Shown here piece by piece: positions 1 through 13,796 of a stretch of 64,000 bases of DNA; the first letter of the stretch is position 1, and each line of letters opens with the position of its first letter. The DNA comes from Octopus vulgaris (taxonomy: Eukaryota). The stretch lies in the NCBI GenBank assembly GCA_951406725.2, contig OX597828.1, positions 7,440,001 through 7,504,000 of the forward strand, read 5' to 3'. The notes below the pieces were generated by a model. The model did not search any database. It was not told where the DNA came from and saw only the letters and a program-made list of their open reading frames with translations. Position numbers and translations under genes: made by a program.

Positions 1-274
1 AGCCGCAATCACACAAACGCACACCCAATGCCATATGCGCACGCGTGTACGTGGTTGTGCACGTTTATATGCACGTATGTGTATGAGCTTGTATGCGTAT
101 GTGTGCGCGTACGTACATGTGTGTATCTAGAACGTCCCGTTTTCAAAATAAATTTCTTTATTTTGGGGCTACAAGCTTCAGGATATAAAAGTATATACGC
201 GCACAGATATACGCAGTCTCGCACAGATGATACACAAATACGCACTCAAAGTCACACTGACACACATACACACA

Positions 275-695
<421 letters not shown>

Positions 696-1045
696 TAATC
701 AGCTAACTCATCTATTCCAACAACATTAACAACGCTAACAACAATAGCAAAAACAACAACAACAACAACAGCAACGATGTCCATCTACATTGTCCAGAAA
801 AGGCTTAACAATAATGGAATGTAGAAAGTGTTAAGTTAACCTTTAGAGGCACACTGTAATTTATTCTGAAATGTCTCCAATGTGTTCTTAATTGACAAGG
901 CAAACGTGTCGAGGAATACTACAGCTGTCCTTTACTGTCCAGTCGTCTGGTGGCCGAAACAATACATGCTTCAGAAAATAGCTGACCGTAATGCTTCACC
1001 TAACTATCAACTCTATTTCTCTTTCTTTCAACTCTTGCTTTCTGT

Positions 1046-1076
<31 letters not shown>

Positions 1077-1144
1077 TGTCTACTCAGGCCATTATATTGT
1101 CCAGCCGGACATCAACAGTTCCTGTTGTTGTTTTTGTTATAATT

Positions 1145-1213
<69 letters not shown>

Positions 1214-1275
1214 GTGTGTGTGTATCTGTCTGTTCAGTTATATATATTTTACAACCTTGTCATATACGGAAATGC

Positions 1276-1340
<65 letters not shown>

Positions 1341-1487
1341 CAAACACACACGCGCACGCGATACACACACAAGCATGTATACATTTACACACACATGTAT
1401 ATGTACGTATGTACTTATGTATGTATATATATATATATATACACAATAGATACTCTATATGTGAGTGTGTATTTGTATGAATATATT

Positions 1488-1537
<50 letters not shown>

Positions 1538-1808
1538 TATATCTATATATATATTACGTATAATCATACAAATTACGAGTGCATTACTTTTGTTTTGTTT
1601 CAATACTCTTCTGTTTTACACAATGTGTTCATAGATATTTAGCCAAAACGCTATGTAAAGTCAGCTATAATAGTTCTGTCTTTATATACAGTATCTTTAC
1701 GCACAGAAAGTTTGAAATCAACCGGAGTAGTTTCAGTCTCATGTCGGAGTTGCATCGGCGAGTGATTCCCTCTTGTAGTGTGTACGAGAATACTGTCTAT
1801 AAGGAGAG

Positions 1809-2097
1809 TTTCCTTCTCGAGCCACGCTTGGCTCATAAGGGCCGGTTTCCCGGTTTCCTTCGCGTATAGGTTCCCCACCTGGACGGGATGCCGGTCCGTC
1901 GCAGGTGAACTGCAAGATGCAGGAGGAAAGAGTGAGAGAAAGTTGTGGCGAAAGAGTCAGCAGAAATTTGCTATTACCTTCTGCCGGAGCCGCGTGGCGC
2001 TTAGGTGTTTCGCTCATAAACACACACATCGCCCGGTCTGAGATTCGAACCCACGATCCCTCGACCGCGAGTCCGCTGCTCTAACCACTAGGCCATG
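1809..2097 (-). mobile_element. tRNA(Arg)-like SINE, tail type X (resembles octopus OR-type SINEs)
   Basis: Minus strand has A box TGGCCTAGTGG and B box GGTTCGAATCT with a TCG anticodon-like loop. Colinear with the copy at 42299-42589. Confidence 0.85.
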
Positions 2098-2554
2098 GAG
2101 TACAATTGAGGGTTTAAGTGAATCGGACACATTCACATTGAATTCGGTGAGACCACGCGGAGACCCCAAATTCTGTTTTTGAGACCAGGTCAAGGGTACT
2201 CTCCTCCGCTGCTCCATTCATCCAGGGACATAATCACCAAGACCGTCCAGATGGGGGGCATCTCATCGTCTAGGAAACGGACTAGGTTGAAAATAACAGG
2301 CATCAAGAGGCAGAGGTCAGACGTCGAAGACGCAAAGAACGACACGCACTTCCTTGTCTCCCTTCAAAATGCGATAAATGTCCCCAGCTTTTCTATATAT
2401 CAATACATCAATAAGTTATTTTGTATAGTGTTTAATATACCTTTAATAGGCCTTCTTGTTCAAATACATGTCATGCCATTTTGAGTAAATTCTCTCAACC
2501 ATTTCTCGTTTTATTTAACATAATGCCTATACAAGTTTTATAAATTTATATATA

Positions 2555-2948
2555 TCTTTATATTTAAAACTGTAGTTGTGTGTCTGTCTCCTGCGATTCA
2601 GATTCCTAACTACTCCCACATTTTGCGGTGCAGTGTAACCAAAAGCGGGTATCTTATAGTCGTGATTCATATCGAGCCTTCTGGATATTAGCGCGCGTCT
2701 ACGATGAGTCTACGATTTAAAAAAAAATATTACCATCACTTTTTCCCATTTTAATGCATTTTTTTGCTATTATATAAGGGAAGTAACTCTCTAAAAATGT
2801 ATTATTAAATCTCAGAACGTAAAAAGCTACAGTAACACCCCCCTTTGTGGTTAGCCATATTGAGATGGCTATTATACTTTACATCTCTAAAAATGCTTAT
2901 ATAGTTATTTCCCTTACAAACCCGAGCAACGCCGGGCGATACTGCTAG
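2555..2948 (+). mobile_element. non-autonomous Helitron
   Basis: 5' TC preceded by A. 3' GC hairpin CCCGAGCAACGCCGGG (2921-2936) then CTAG (2945-2948) followed by T. The 3' ~65 bp are shared with the 33100 and 57376 elements. Confidence 0.8.
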
Positions 2949-3119
2949 TATATTCATATATAAGTATCTTGTTCTAATGGAGACAAGGCACATTGCTGCT
3001 GAAACACGTGTGTCCAGAGCACGTCCTCTTCTCTTCAAAATATCAGAGATTGTTTTATTTACTGGCATGACAATTCTTGAGAATATGCGTATCTGTGTGT
3101 GTGTATTTATGTGTGTATT

Positions 3120-3403
3120 TGGCCAAGATATTCAGCTCACGACCATAAGATCGCGATTTCGATTCCTGGCAGCGCATTGTGGCCTTGAGCAAGACGCTAT
3201 GTTCTACGTTACTCCAGTCCATTGAGCTGGCAAAAGTGAGTTATGACTGCAATTCAAAAGGGCCAGCCTGCTCACATTGAGAACGACGTTAAGGGTACGC
3301 ATGGTGGTGGAGTACTCAACTACTTGCACATCAATTTCACGAGTAAACTGTTCCATTTATCGAATTAACTGGTACACACGTCATCGCAACAGACGGAGTG
3401 CCA
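3120..3403 (+). mobile_element. degenerate tRNA-derived CORE-like SINE, second tail type
   Basis: CCTTGAGCAAGAC core-like motif, CTCCAGTCCA and GTTAAGGGTACGC shared with 28004-28270 and 28862-29072. Confidence 0.65.
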
Positions 3404-3540
3404 ATTAATGAATATATTTATATGAATACATAAATTCATGTATAAATGTACTTATGTGCGTATTATCACCGTTTTGGGATCACCACTACTTTATTATCTC
3501 CCCTGCCACCTAGCTCTCCTGTGTGATCCTTCTGTCCAGC

Positions 3541-3737
3541 ATTCGCCATGATAGACGCCATGATAGATCGCTAGCTACTACGCTTTGTTTTCTCTTCTTG
3601 TTTCTTTCTGTGTTCCTTTCTGTGGAAGAGCGTAGGCTCTAAACGTGAAAGACTTTCATTTCCCGAGCGTTAAACTAATACATCTGTTTGTTGTATACGC
3701 CACCTGTCTTCGTTTTTGTATTTTTGTGAACTCTGCC

Positions 3738-3738
<1 letters not shown>
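3541..3738 (+). mobile_element. minimal-hammerhead element family A (probable Penelope-like pLTR remnant)
   Basis: CTGTGGAAGAGCGTAGGCTCTAAACGTG plus the shared 3' body ending at (TA)n. Five copies in the window. Confidence 0.65.
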
Positions 3739-3765
<27 letters not shown>

Positions 3766-3768
<3 letters not shown>

Positions 3769-3898
3769 TATATAGAAGGAGCTTCTACAGGACTAGAACT
3801 GTTTCATTCAAGAGAAATCTTCAGGAAGCACAGGGCTTCCTGAAGATTTCTCTTGAATGAAACAGTTCTAGTCCTGTAGAAGCTCCTTCTATATAATA
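3766..3898. repeat. perfect inverted repeat with 64-bp arms and a 5-nt spacer
   Basis: 3766-3829 is the reverse complement of 3835-3898; spacer ACAGG. Confidence 0.95.
3833..3885 (+). ncRNA. type I hammerhead ribozyme motif, mirrored on the minus strand in the left arm
   Basis: Stem I GGGCUUC/GAAGCUC, core CUGAAGA, weak stem II UUUC-ucuu-GAAU, GAAA, stem III ACAG/CUGU, GUA site at 3878. Confidence 0.65.
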
Positions 3899-3970
3899 AA
3901 TTAATTTTACTCTGCTATGTATTGAGTACCTTATTTATTGTGGTTAACCCCGAATCAACCCGGGACCTAC

Positions 3971-4049
<79 letters not shown>

Positions 4050-4194
4050 TATATATATATGTGTGTGTGTGCGCATGTATAGATTGATATATAAATAAAT
4101 AGATAAATAGATAGATGTGCACATATGTCGTGCGTGCTTGTGTATATATATGAGCATGGTACATGGTGTATGTCTGTGTATGTGTACATATATC

Positions 4195-4237
<43 letters not shown>

Positions 4238-4257
4238 ATTTATGCATGTATATACAA

Positions 4258-4328
<71 letters not shown>

Positions 4329-4379
4329 AATATATATATATATGTATATATATACACATATAAATATATATATACACGT

Positions 4380-4576
4380 GTGTCTGTGTATGAGTGTGTC
4401 TTCGTGTCTGTTTGACAACCGGTGTTGGTGTGTTTACGTTCACGTAACTTAGCGGTTCAACGAAAGGGGCGATAGAATAAAGACTCAGCTTCAAAAATAA
4501 TAAGTACTGAAGTCGATTCACTCGAATATGAATTCTTCATGGCGGTGCCCCAGCATGGCCGCAGAAAAATGGATGA

Positions 4577-4580
<4 letters not shown>
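4380..4580 (+). mobile_element. CORE-like SINE with internal microsatellite, 3' half
   Basis: TTGACAACCG..GTGTTTACGT..TAACTTAGCGGTTC..CAGCATGGCCGCAG match the full copies at 25312 and 40074. Confidence 0.8.
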
Positions 4581-4623
<43 letters not shown>

Positions 4624-4827
4624 TATATGTGTGTGTGTGTATGTATGTATTTATGACCGTGTATATATATAAATACGCACACTCACACATCTACATACAT
4701 GTGTGTGTGTGTGCGTGTAAGCATGCATGTATCTGTCTGTCTGTCTATCTATAGTATATATGCATATGCTATCTATATCAACCAACTCACCCAACAGTGG
4801 GAAAATCACAATCAACTCTATATTCTA

Positions 4828-4859
<32 letters not shown>

Positions 4860-5093
4860 GAGGCCCAGGCGCACATTTTCCGTATAACACTTTCCGTGTG
4901 ACACGCATACACTATGAATTATACTTCTTCCTAAACGGTAAATTACATATTACATATGAACACTAATACTTCTAGCGTAGCAGTGAGTTTATATACCCCA
5001 CAGAATAGATTCCAAAACTGGTACTCAGTATTCATAACGGGTTTCAATCCTACAATGTGTGTATGGCTGGATGCGCGTGCACGTGTGTGTGTG

Positions 5094-5146
<53 letters not shown>

Positions 5147-5356
5147 GTAATACTTAATATGCACATGATACTATACTGAGGTGCAGTAAAGAGTGTTTCA
5201 TGCTAGGGTCTGTTATACTCGACTGTTACATATTCACTCTATTCTATATTTATGCTCTATAGTATATGTATTAAGCAGGAAATGGTTGGTGAGTTTAATA
5301 TACATACATACACACATACACGCATACACAGACAGACACACACACACATGCACTCA

Positions 5357-5707
5357 CACCTTGAGCAAGTGTCTTCTACTACAGCCTCGAGCTGACCAAA
5401 CCCTTTGTGAGGGGATTTGGTAGACGGAAACTGAAAGAAGCCCGTCGTGTATGCATATGTATGTATATATAAGTCTTTGTTTCTGTGTGTGTATGTTTGT
5501 TTCTGTGTGTCTTCGTGGCTGTGTCTGTCCTTCACCATCATTTGACAACCGGTGATGGTGTGCTTATATCCCTGTAATCTAGTGGTTATGCAAAGGCCCG
5601 AGAAAATAACTAGGACAACCAGTTTTCAGGAAGAAATACTGGGGTCAATTCATTCGTCTAAAATGTTTTCAAGGCATTGCCTTAGCATCACCACAGTCAA
5701 ATGTCTG
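5357..5707 (+). mobile_element. CORE-like SINE, 5' truncated
   Basis: CACCTTGAGCAAGTGTCTTCT..GATTTGGTAGACGGAAACTGAAAGAAGCCCGTCG. Confidence 0.8.
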
Positions 5708-5744
5708 AAAAATATATATATATATTTGTATATATATTACATGC

Positions 5745-6045
5745 CCACGTGGTCGACCAGGCTATCAGATGTTGATACACATCACTGGTCACAATGTGCT
5801 TCGCATTGTTTTAGCCTTCAAATGATGCCACCCCGCTAGCTAAGTGAGCAGGCCAACGGCAGAAAGAGTGAGCGAAAGTTGTGGCGAAAGAGTACAGCTG
5901 GGATCGCCGCCTCCCCTGCCGGAGCTTCGTGGAGCTTTGGGTGTTTTCGCTCAATAAACACTCACAACGCCCGGTCTGGGAATCGAAACCGCGATCCTAC
6001 GATCACGAGTCCGCTGCCTTAAACACTGGGCCATTGCGCCTCCAC
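5745..6045 (-). mobile_element. tRNA(Arg)-like SINE, tail type Y
   Basis: Reverse complement of 35417-35710; A and B boxes present. Confidence 0.85.
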
Positions 6046-6046
6046 T

Positions 6047-6081
<35 letters not shown>

Positions 6082-6380
6082 ACAAGCGCACAAACATACC
6101 CACACACACACATATGTATATAAAATATATATGTATGTACATAAAACATTCCAGGTAGATGTATGCACACACAAACGTACGATGAGCTTCTCTCATTTTC
6201 CATCTACTACTAGACCCCAGAACTGTTGTAGAAGCTACGTAGAGGGACTGAACCTCTGTGTGTGTGTGTGTGTGTGTGTATGTATATTTATATATGTATA
6301 TATGTATATATATATATATATATACACATATGTATATAGATATTTATATATATATACACATATATGTATATATATATATG

Positions 6381-6427
<47 letters not shown>

Positions 6428-7564
6428 GTATGTATATATATGTATATATATATATATGTATATATATATATACATATATATACATACATATGTATATATA
6501 TATATATGTACATACACACACATATATATATATAGATAGACAGATAGATAGATATATAATTATATATATATATACATTAGTGAAAAAGTAAAGGGTTACC
6601 CCAAAACGATTACCAATTTGCTCTCAGCTCTTATATTTTATAATATTAAATATATATATAATACACAAACACACATATATTTAAATATATATACATATGT
6701 TCTTTTTTCATTTGTTCAAGTCATTGCACTGTGACCATGCTGGAGCACCGCCTTTAGTCGAGCAAATTGAGCCCAAGACTTATTCTTTGTAAGCCTAGTA
6801 CTTATTCTGTCGGTCCCTTTTGCCGAACCGCTACTTTACGGGAACGTAAACACACAAGCGATGTTGGGGGGACAAACTCAGACACACAAACATATACACA
6901 CACATATATATATAAACATATATACGAGCTTCTTTCAGTTTCCGTCTACCAAATCCAAAGCTTTGGTCGACCCAAGGCTATAGTAAAAGACACTTCACCA
7001 AGACTGAACGCGGAACAACGTGGTTGGTAAACAAGCTACTTATCACACAGCCACTCCTTCAACAAAATGTAAAATATTTTATGGAATTATATCGATATCT
7101 ATCTATGTATCTATCTGTCTTTTACCTACTTCAGTTATTGGGCTGCGCCCTCCCTCAGGTGCCGCGTTGCAGGGTCTTAATCGAACCAATCGACAAAAGT
7201 TTTTTTTTTAAAATTTTTAAATTGCGCCTCCACTTGTGTATATATATATATATATATATATATAAACACAAGCGCACAAACATACCCACACACACACATA
7301 TGTATATAAAATATATATGTATGTACATAAAACATTCCAGGTAGATGTATGCACACACAAACGTACGATGAGCTTCTCTCATTTTCCATCTACTACTAGA
7401 CCCCAGAACTGTTGTAGAAGCTACGTAGAGGGACTGAACCTCTGTGTGTGTGTGTGTGTGTGTATGTATATTTATATATGTATATATGTATATATATATA
7501 TATATATACACATATGTATATAGATATTTATATATATATACACATATATGTATATATATATATG

Positions 7565-7609
<45 letters not shown>

Positions 7610-8406
7610 GTATGTATATATATGTATATATATATATATGTATATATATATATACATATATATACATACATATGTATATATATATATATGTACATACACA
7701 CACATATATATATATAGATAGACAGATAGATAGATATATAATTATATATATATATACATTAGTAAAAAAGTAAAGGGTTACCCCAAAACGATTACCAATT
7801 TGCTCTCAGCTCTTATATTTTATAATATTAAATATATATATAATACACAAACACACATATATTTAAATATATATACATATGTTCTTTTTTCATTTGTTCA
7901 AGTCATTGCACTGTGACCATGCTGGAGCACCGCCTTTAGTCGAGCAAATTGAGCCCAAGACTTATTCTTTGTAAGCCTAGTACTTATTCTGTCGGTCCCT
8001 TTTGCCGAACCGCTACTTTACGGGAACGTAAACACACAAGCGATGTTGGGGGGACAAACTCAGACACACAAACATATACACACACATATATATATAAACA
8101 TATATACGAGCTTCTTTCAGTTTCCGTCTACCAAATCCAAAGCTTTGGTCGACCCAAGGCTATAGTAAAAGACACTTCACCAAGACTGAACGCGGAACAA
8201 CGTGGTTGGTAAACAAGCTACTTATCACACAGCCACTCCTTCAACAAAATGTAAAATATTTTATGGAATTATATCGATATCTATCTATGTATCTATCTGT
8301 CTTTTACCTACTTCAGTTATTGGGCTGCGCCCTCCCTCGGGTGCCGCGTTGCAGGGTCTTAATCGAACCAATCGACAAAAGTTTTTTTTTTTTTTAATTT
8401 TTTAAA
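6033..8406. repeat. near-identical ~1.19-kb tandem duplication (6033-7220 and 7221-~8406)
   Basis: Identical unique segments 1182-1188 bp apart. Visible differences are microsatellite and poly-T lengths and about two substitutions. Confidence 0.92.
6700..7057 (-). mobile_element. CORE-like SINE, duplicated at 7882-8239
   Basis: Family motifs on the minus strand. Confidence 0.8.
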
Positions 8407-8800
8407 TTTTTATTTTTTGTCTTATTTTTGAAGTCCGATACTCATTCAATCAGTTCCCTACGATGAACCGCGCATTCGCTGGGACGTAAACAAACCAACA
8501 CCATTTATGAATCATTGATGTTGGATATACGCAGAAACACATACGCACACTTATACACACACATATGTCTTCAACGAGCTTCTTACAGTTTCGCTCACTA
8601 AATCCACTCACAAAGCTTTGGTCGGCCCAGGGCTATTAGTAGGCACTTCTTCAAGGTACCTCGCTGAGGAACTGAACCCAGAACCATGTTTTTGCGACAC
8701 AAACTATTTACCACACAGCCATGCATAAATGTAAGATCTTATACATATATTTGAAAAAGAGAAGAGAGGAAGAGATGAGAATTTACTTATATAGAGAGAT

Positions 8801-8961
8801 AGGCGCAGGAGTGGCTGTGTGGTAGGAAACTTGCTTCCAACTTCATGGTTCCGGGTTCAGTCCCACTGCGTGTCACGTTGGGCAAGTGTCTACTACTATT
8901 GCTACGGTACAGACCAAAACCTTGTGAGTGGATTTGGTAGACAGAAACTGAAAGAAGCCTG

Positions 8962-8965
<4 letters not shown>
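8801..8965 (+). mobile_element. CORE-like SINE, 5' half
   Basis: AGGCGCAGGAGTGGCTGTGTGGTA head and GGTTCAGTCCC B-box-like motif. Confidence 0.8.
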
Positions 8966-9029
<64 letters not shown>

Positions 9030-9035
9030 AATGTG

Positions 9036-9221
9036 ACCGCGTGTGTATCGTTGGCGATTTATTTCCTCCGTCTTCCCTTCCTTGGATCTTTCCTTTACCT
9101 ATATTTCTGATGAAGAGCTCCGCTCCAAACGTTAAATCCTCCTTCTTTTCTTCCTTTCCTGAGCGTCCAATAACACGTCCTCGCGTTGTGTTTTCTCTTT
9201 GTGTTTTCATGTTTGGATTAA
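9036..9221 (+). mobile_element. minimal-hammerhead element family B
   Basis: CTGATGAAGAGCTCCGCTCCAAACGTT; ends TTTGGATTAA then (TA)n. Copies at 23146 (-) and 61918 (+). Confidence 0.65.
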
Positions 9222-9354
9222 TATATATATATATATATATATGTAGTATACTATAAACAGTTGTACATCTTGACTGGTTCACGGTGTGTAGTTAAGTTTT
9301 GTTCTAAAATTGAGTGTACATGTACTACTGAGAGTCTAACGTGCGATTTACTCA

Positions 9355-10930
9355 ATAGGTGGAGTATAATTCGTCGGCGAAATTTGAACTTGGAGCGTCG
9401 GAACGTGAAGACAGACGAAATGTTGTTAAGCATTTTGGCCGGCGTACTAACGATTCAGCCAGCTCGCCGCCTGGAGTTGAATAGAGATATTAGTTTCAAA
9501 TTTTGGCACAAGGCCAGCAATTTCGAGGTAGAGGCTTAATCGATTAAATCGATCCGAGTGCTCAACTAGTACTTATTTCATCGCCCCCAAAATGATGAAA
9601 AGCAAAGTGGATGTCAGTGGAATTTGAACTCAGAACCTAAATACAGATGAATTGTCACTACTGATTTTACCAACCTCTCTGCATTAATATGATAATGTTT
9701 TCTAATTTAGACACAACTCCTCAATATTTATTTGCCGAGTTTACGTTCTGAGTTCAAATTCCGCCGGGGTCAACTTTACCTTTTATCCCTTTGGAGTCGA
9801 TTTAATAAATACCAGTTGAACAGTAGGGGTTGATGTAATCAACTTAACACATCCTCCGAAATTACTGCCCTTCAGTTGAAAACTGAAGAACAATCAATTA
9901 TATCTACTTCGATACTAAACGGATACATTAATTTGAAACCTTCAAAAAGATGAAAGGCCAAGACGACTCTACCGGGTATGGACTTAGAAAGTAAAAGAAT
10001 GTAATTGAATACTAAAAGATCATTTCTTCGACGCTCGCCAATTATGCCTTCTTACCGCCCGTCCTCAACCTGAAAATAATGTTTTCCAACATAAGGTACT
10101 AAACAAGAAGATTGATGGGGAAACCATTGATTTTATCAACCCCTGTACTTGAGTGGTACTTTATTTTATTGACGCAAGAAGAATGAAAATAGCATTGAGG
10201 TAAAGTGCCAGATTCGATTTAATCCATCCACTACTAATCTGCGTCAGTATATAATTGGTTAGCAAGGTAATGGAACTGTTGAGCTTAAGTTTTCCGGCCA
10301 ACCACGCGCGAGGTTTCGAGTTCTAGTGTACCTTCACGGAAAAAAGTCATGATACTTATGGCTAGAATGTCTCTTATATATTACATTATTGCCCACAGGG
10401 GACTAAACATAGAGGGTCAAACAAGGACAAACAAAGTGATTAAGTCGATTACATCAACCCCAGTGCGTAACTGGTCCTTATTTAACCGACCCGAAAGGTT
10501 GAAAGGCAAAGTCAACCACGGCGGAATTTGAACTCAGAACGTAACAGTAGATGTAATACCTATTTCTTTACTACACACAAGGGGCTAAATACAGAAAGGA
10601 TAAACAAGGACAGACAAACGGATTAAGTCGATTATATCGACTCTAGTGCGCAACTAGTACTTAATTTATCGACCCCAAAAGGATGAAAGGCAAAGTCGAC
10701 CTCGGCGGAATTTGAACTCAGAACGTAACGGCAGACGAAATACCGCTAAGCATTTGGCCCGGCGTGCAGAAGATTCTGCCAGCTCGCCATCCTAATGCCT
10801 CTTATTATAGGTCCCACAATCAATGCTCGCCTGGGACAAAATAGCAAGTGGAATTACCGCAAAAAATTTTACCTTTTAATTTAGAGATTCAGCTCCCACA
10901 TCGTCCTATAAAAATGATAATAATAATTTA

Positions 10931-10962
<32 letters not shown>

Positions 10963-12240
10963 GGTCAGAAATTCGAAGTAGGAGGACAGTCGATTATATC
11001 AACTTCAGTACTTGTCTGGTATCTGATTTTATTGACCACGGAAGAACGAAAGCCAAAACTGACCTCGGTGGGATTTGAACTCAGAACAAAATGTCGAGAT
11101 AAATACGTAAAAATGTTTTGCTTGACTCTAATAACTCGCAATGCACCACCCTACATTTCTTAAATAGTTACAAAGCCAGAAATATGGGTGTTGGGAACAG
11201 TCGAAAAAGTTGATACCGGAGCTGTATTGATATTTTCTTTTATCGATCCCAGAAGGATGAAAGGTAAGTTGGGCTCAGGAAAGACTTGAAAACAGGACAT
11301 CAGAAGCTGCATCAATGGAATCGATACCATTGTAATGTTCAAAATAATTGTTTCAAAGTTTGGTACAATGCCTGAAGCTGTACGGGAAGGGCGCTAGGCA
11401 AATACATCGACCCCTGTACTTCGTTAATACTTTATTTTATCGTCCCTGAAAGGATGAAAGGCAAAATAGAACACGGTAGATTTTGAGCTCAAAGCTTAAA
11501 GACACAGAACGAATGTCGCTAAGAAGTTTTTGCTTGATACACCAACAATTCTGCCAGCTCGTCTCTTATTAATAATCGACTTTACTTAAGACACAAGGCT
11601 TGAAAGTTTATGTGAAAGGGCCAGTCGATTACCCCAATATTTTGGGGGTAATCGACTGGTACATATTTTATCGACCACGAAAGGATGAAAGGCAGAATTT
11701 GAACTAATGATGTACAGACGGAAGAAATACTGCTAAGCATTTTGTCTGGCATACTCTCTTTACTCTTTTGCTCTTTTTCTTGTTTCAGACATTTGACTGC
11801 GGGACATATTTTTTGTAAACCTTAGTACTTATTCTATCGGTCTCTTATGCCGAAACGCTAAGTTATGGGGACGTAAACACACCAACATCGGTTGTCAAGT
11901 GCTGTTGGGGAGGGGGGACAAACACAGACACACAAACATATACGCACACATACACACATATATGTATACATATATATGACGGGCTTCTTTCAGTTTCCGT
12001 CAACCAAATCCACTCACAAGGCTTTGGTCGGCCCGAGGCTATACTAGAAGACACTTGCCCACGGTGTCACGCAGTGGGACTGAACCCGGAACCATACTAA
12101 CGATTCTACAAGATTTTCGCCTTTTGCTGTTTATTAATTATGGTTTTAAATTTTGGCACTGGGTCAGCAATTTTTGAGGGGATGAGAAAAGTCGATTACA
12201 TTGACTCCAGTACTTGACTGATTCGTCTTTTATCGACCAA
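9355..12240. mobile_element. cluster of mostly minus-strand Meta-domain-like SINE copies and remnants, including a 2-unit array at 10375-10793 and a CORE-like SINE at 11755-12095
   Basis: Recurrent GATGAAAGGCAAAGTCGACCTCGGCGGAATTTGAACTCAGAAC motif. Confidence 0.75.
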
Positions 12241-12364
12241 GCTGAAAACCAGGATACTATGGCCCCGGTTTTCAACATGGTAGCCATGACTGGAAGTGGT
12301 TTTGCGTATAGGTTTGCTCAATCAAAGCACACTATGATAAACGAAAAATACAACGAAAAATACA

Positions 12365-12487
12365 CCAACAACAGCAGCAGCAGCAACAACAACAACAACA
12401 ATAACAGCAGCAACAACAAAAGCAGCAACAACAGCAGAAGCAACAACAACAGCAAAAGCAGCAGCAATAACAACAACAGCAACAACA

Positions 12488-12540
<53 letters not shown>

Positions 12541-12568
12541 CACCACCACCACCATCACCACCACCACC

Positions 12569-12612
<44 letters not shown>
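12365..12612. repeat. (CAA/CAG)n-(CTA)n-(CCA)n-(CTA)n compound trinucleotide repeat
   Basis: Direct observation. Confidence 0.95.
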
Positions 12613-13096
12613 AGGTTTTCAGGGGCCAACAAGGTTACCTCAAACATGTTTTTTTTTCAGCATGATAGAAATATCGCTCAGTTACAGCCCTTAATAAACA
12701 GGACAACCCATTGAATAATAGCATGGCCAATACACTATTTATAAAAAAAAAAATGTCTGGTTGGCCACAGCTGGAAAGCATTTGATCATAGAACTTCTGA
12801 AATACAGATAAACAACAACCACAGCTGATCTTCATGAATTCTAAGCGATTAGATTAGATTAATGCGGTCTCCGTCACATGGAAAATTGATGAGAACTACC
12901 TTAATATAAAACATATTTGCTGTAGGATGGAGTGAATCATTCAGAGATAAATGGCTTTTCTAATGCGGTAATTATTGCACTAGTGTTGTCATACGAACCA
13001 CTGACCTGACGGTCATTTATCTGGCATACTATCTGCACGTCGAGGTGTAACACGCTACTGATCTACATTTTCGATAAGCAATATCACAAGGAGAGG

Positions 13097-13148
<52 letters not shown>

Positions 13149-13297
13149 GAGCGATTAATAGAGAGAAAGAAGTATAAAGATAGATTGAGAGAGAGACATA
13201 CACACCGGCAGACACTGAGACACTATAGAGCATACAACACCTCTTTGCAGCCGATGATACATGCGTGTATGTGTGTGTGTGTGCGTATTATATATAT

Positions 13298-13336
<39 letters not shown>

Positions 13337-13446
13337 TACATACATCATATATGTGTGTGTGTTATATGCATACAAGTATATATATATGTATAGGTATGTA
13401 TATACGTATATGTTAAAAATATACATACAATATATGTGTGTGTGCT

Positions 13447-13496
<50 letters not shown>

Positions 13497-13622
13497 TAGA
13501 TAGATACATAAATATACACATATCTACATTCAAATACATACATTTATGTATATGTATATTCGTAAATTTACGTATGTATGTACGTATGTATGTATGTGCG
13601 CATATACATATATATACATATG

Positions 13623-13725
<103 letters not shown>

Positions 13726-13796
13726 GTGTGCTTATATATGTATATCTATCTAGCTATCTATCGATGAAGCTATATATATATATATACATATACATA

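Noticed and set aside
1654-2520. Possible solo LTR (TGT...ACA ends, TATA-like motif) hosting the SINE at 1809
   Set aside because: No target-site duplication and no second copy in the window.
12214-12714. 166-aa poly-N/Y/H ORF
   Set aside because: Trinucleotide repeat with no domain content.
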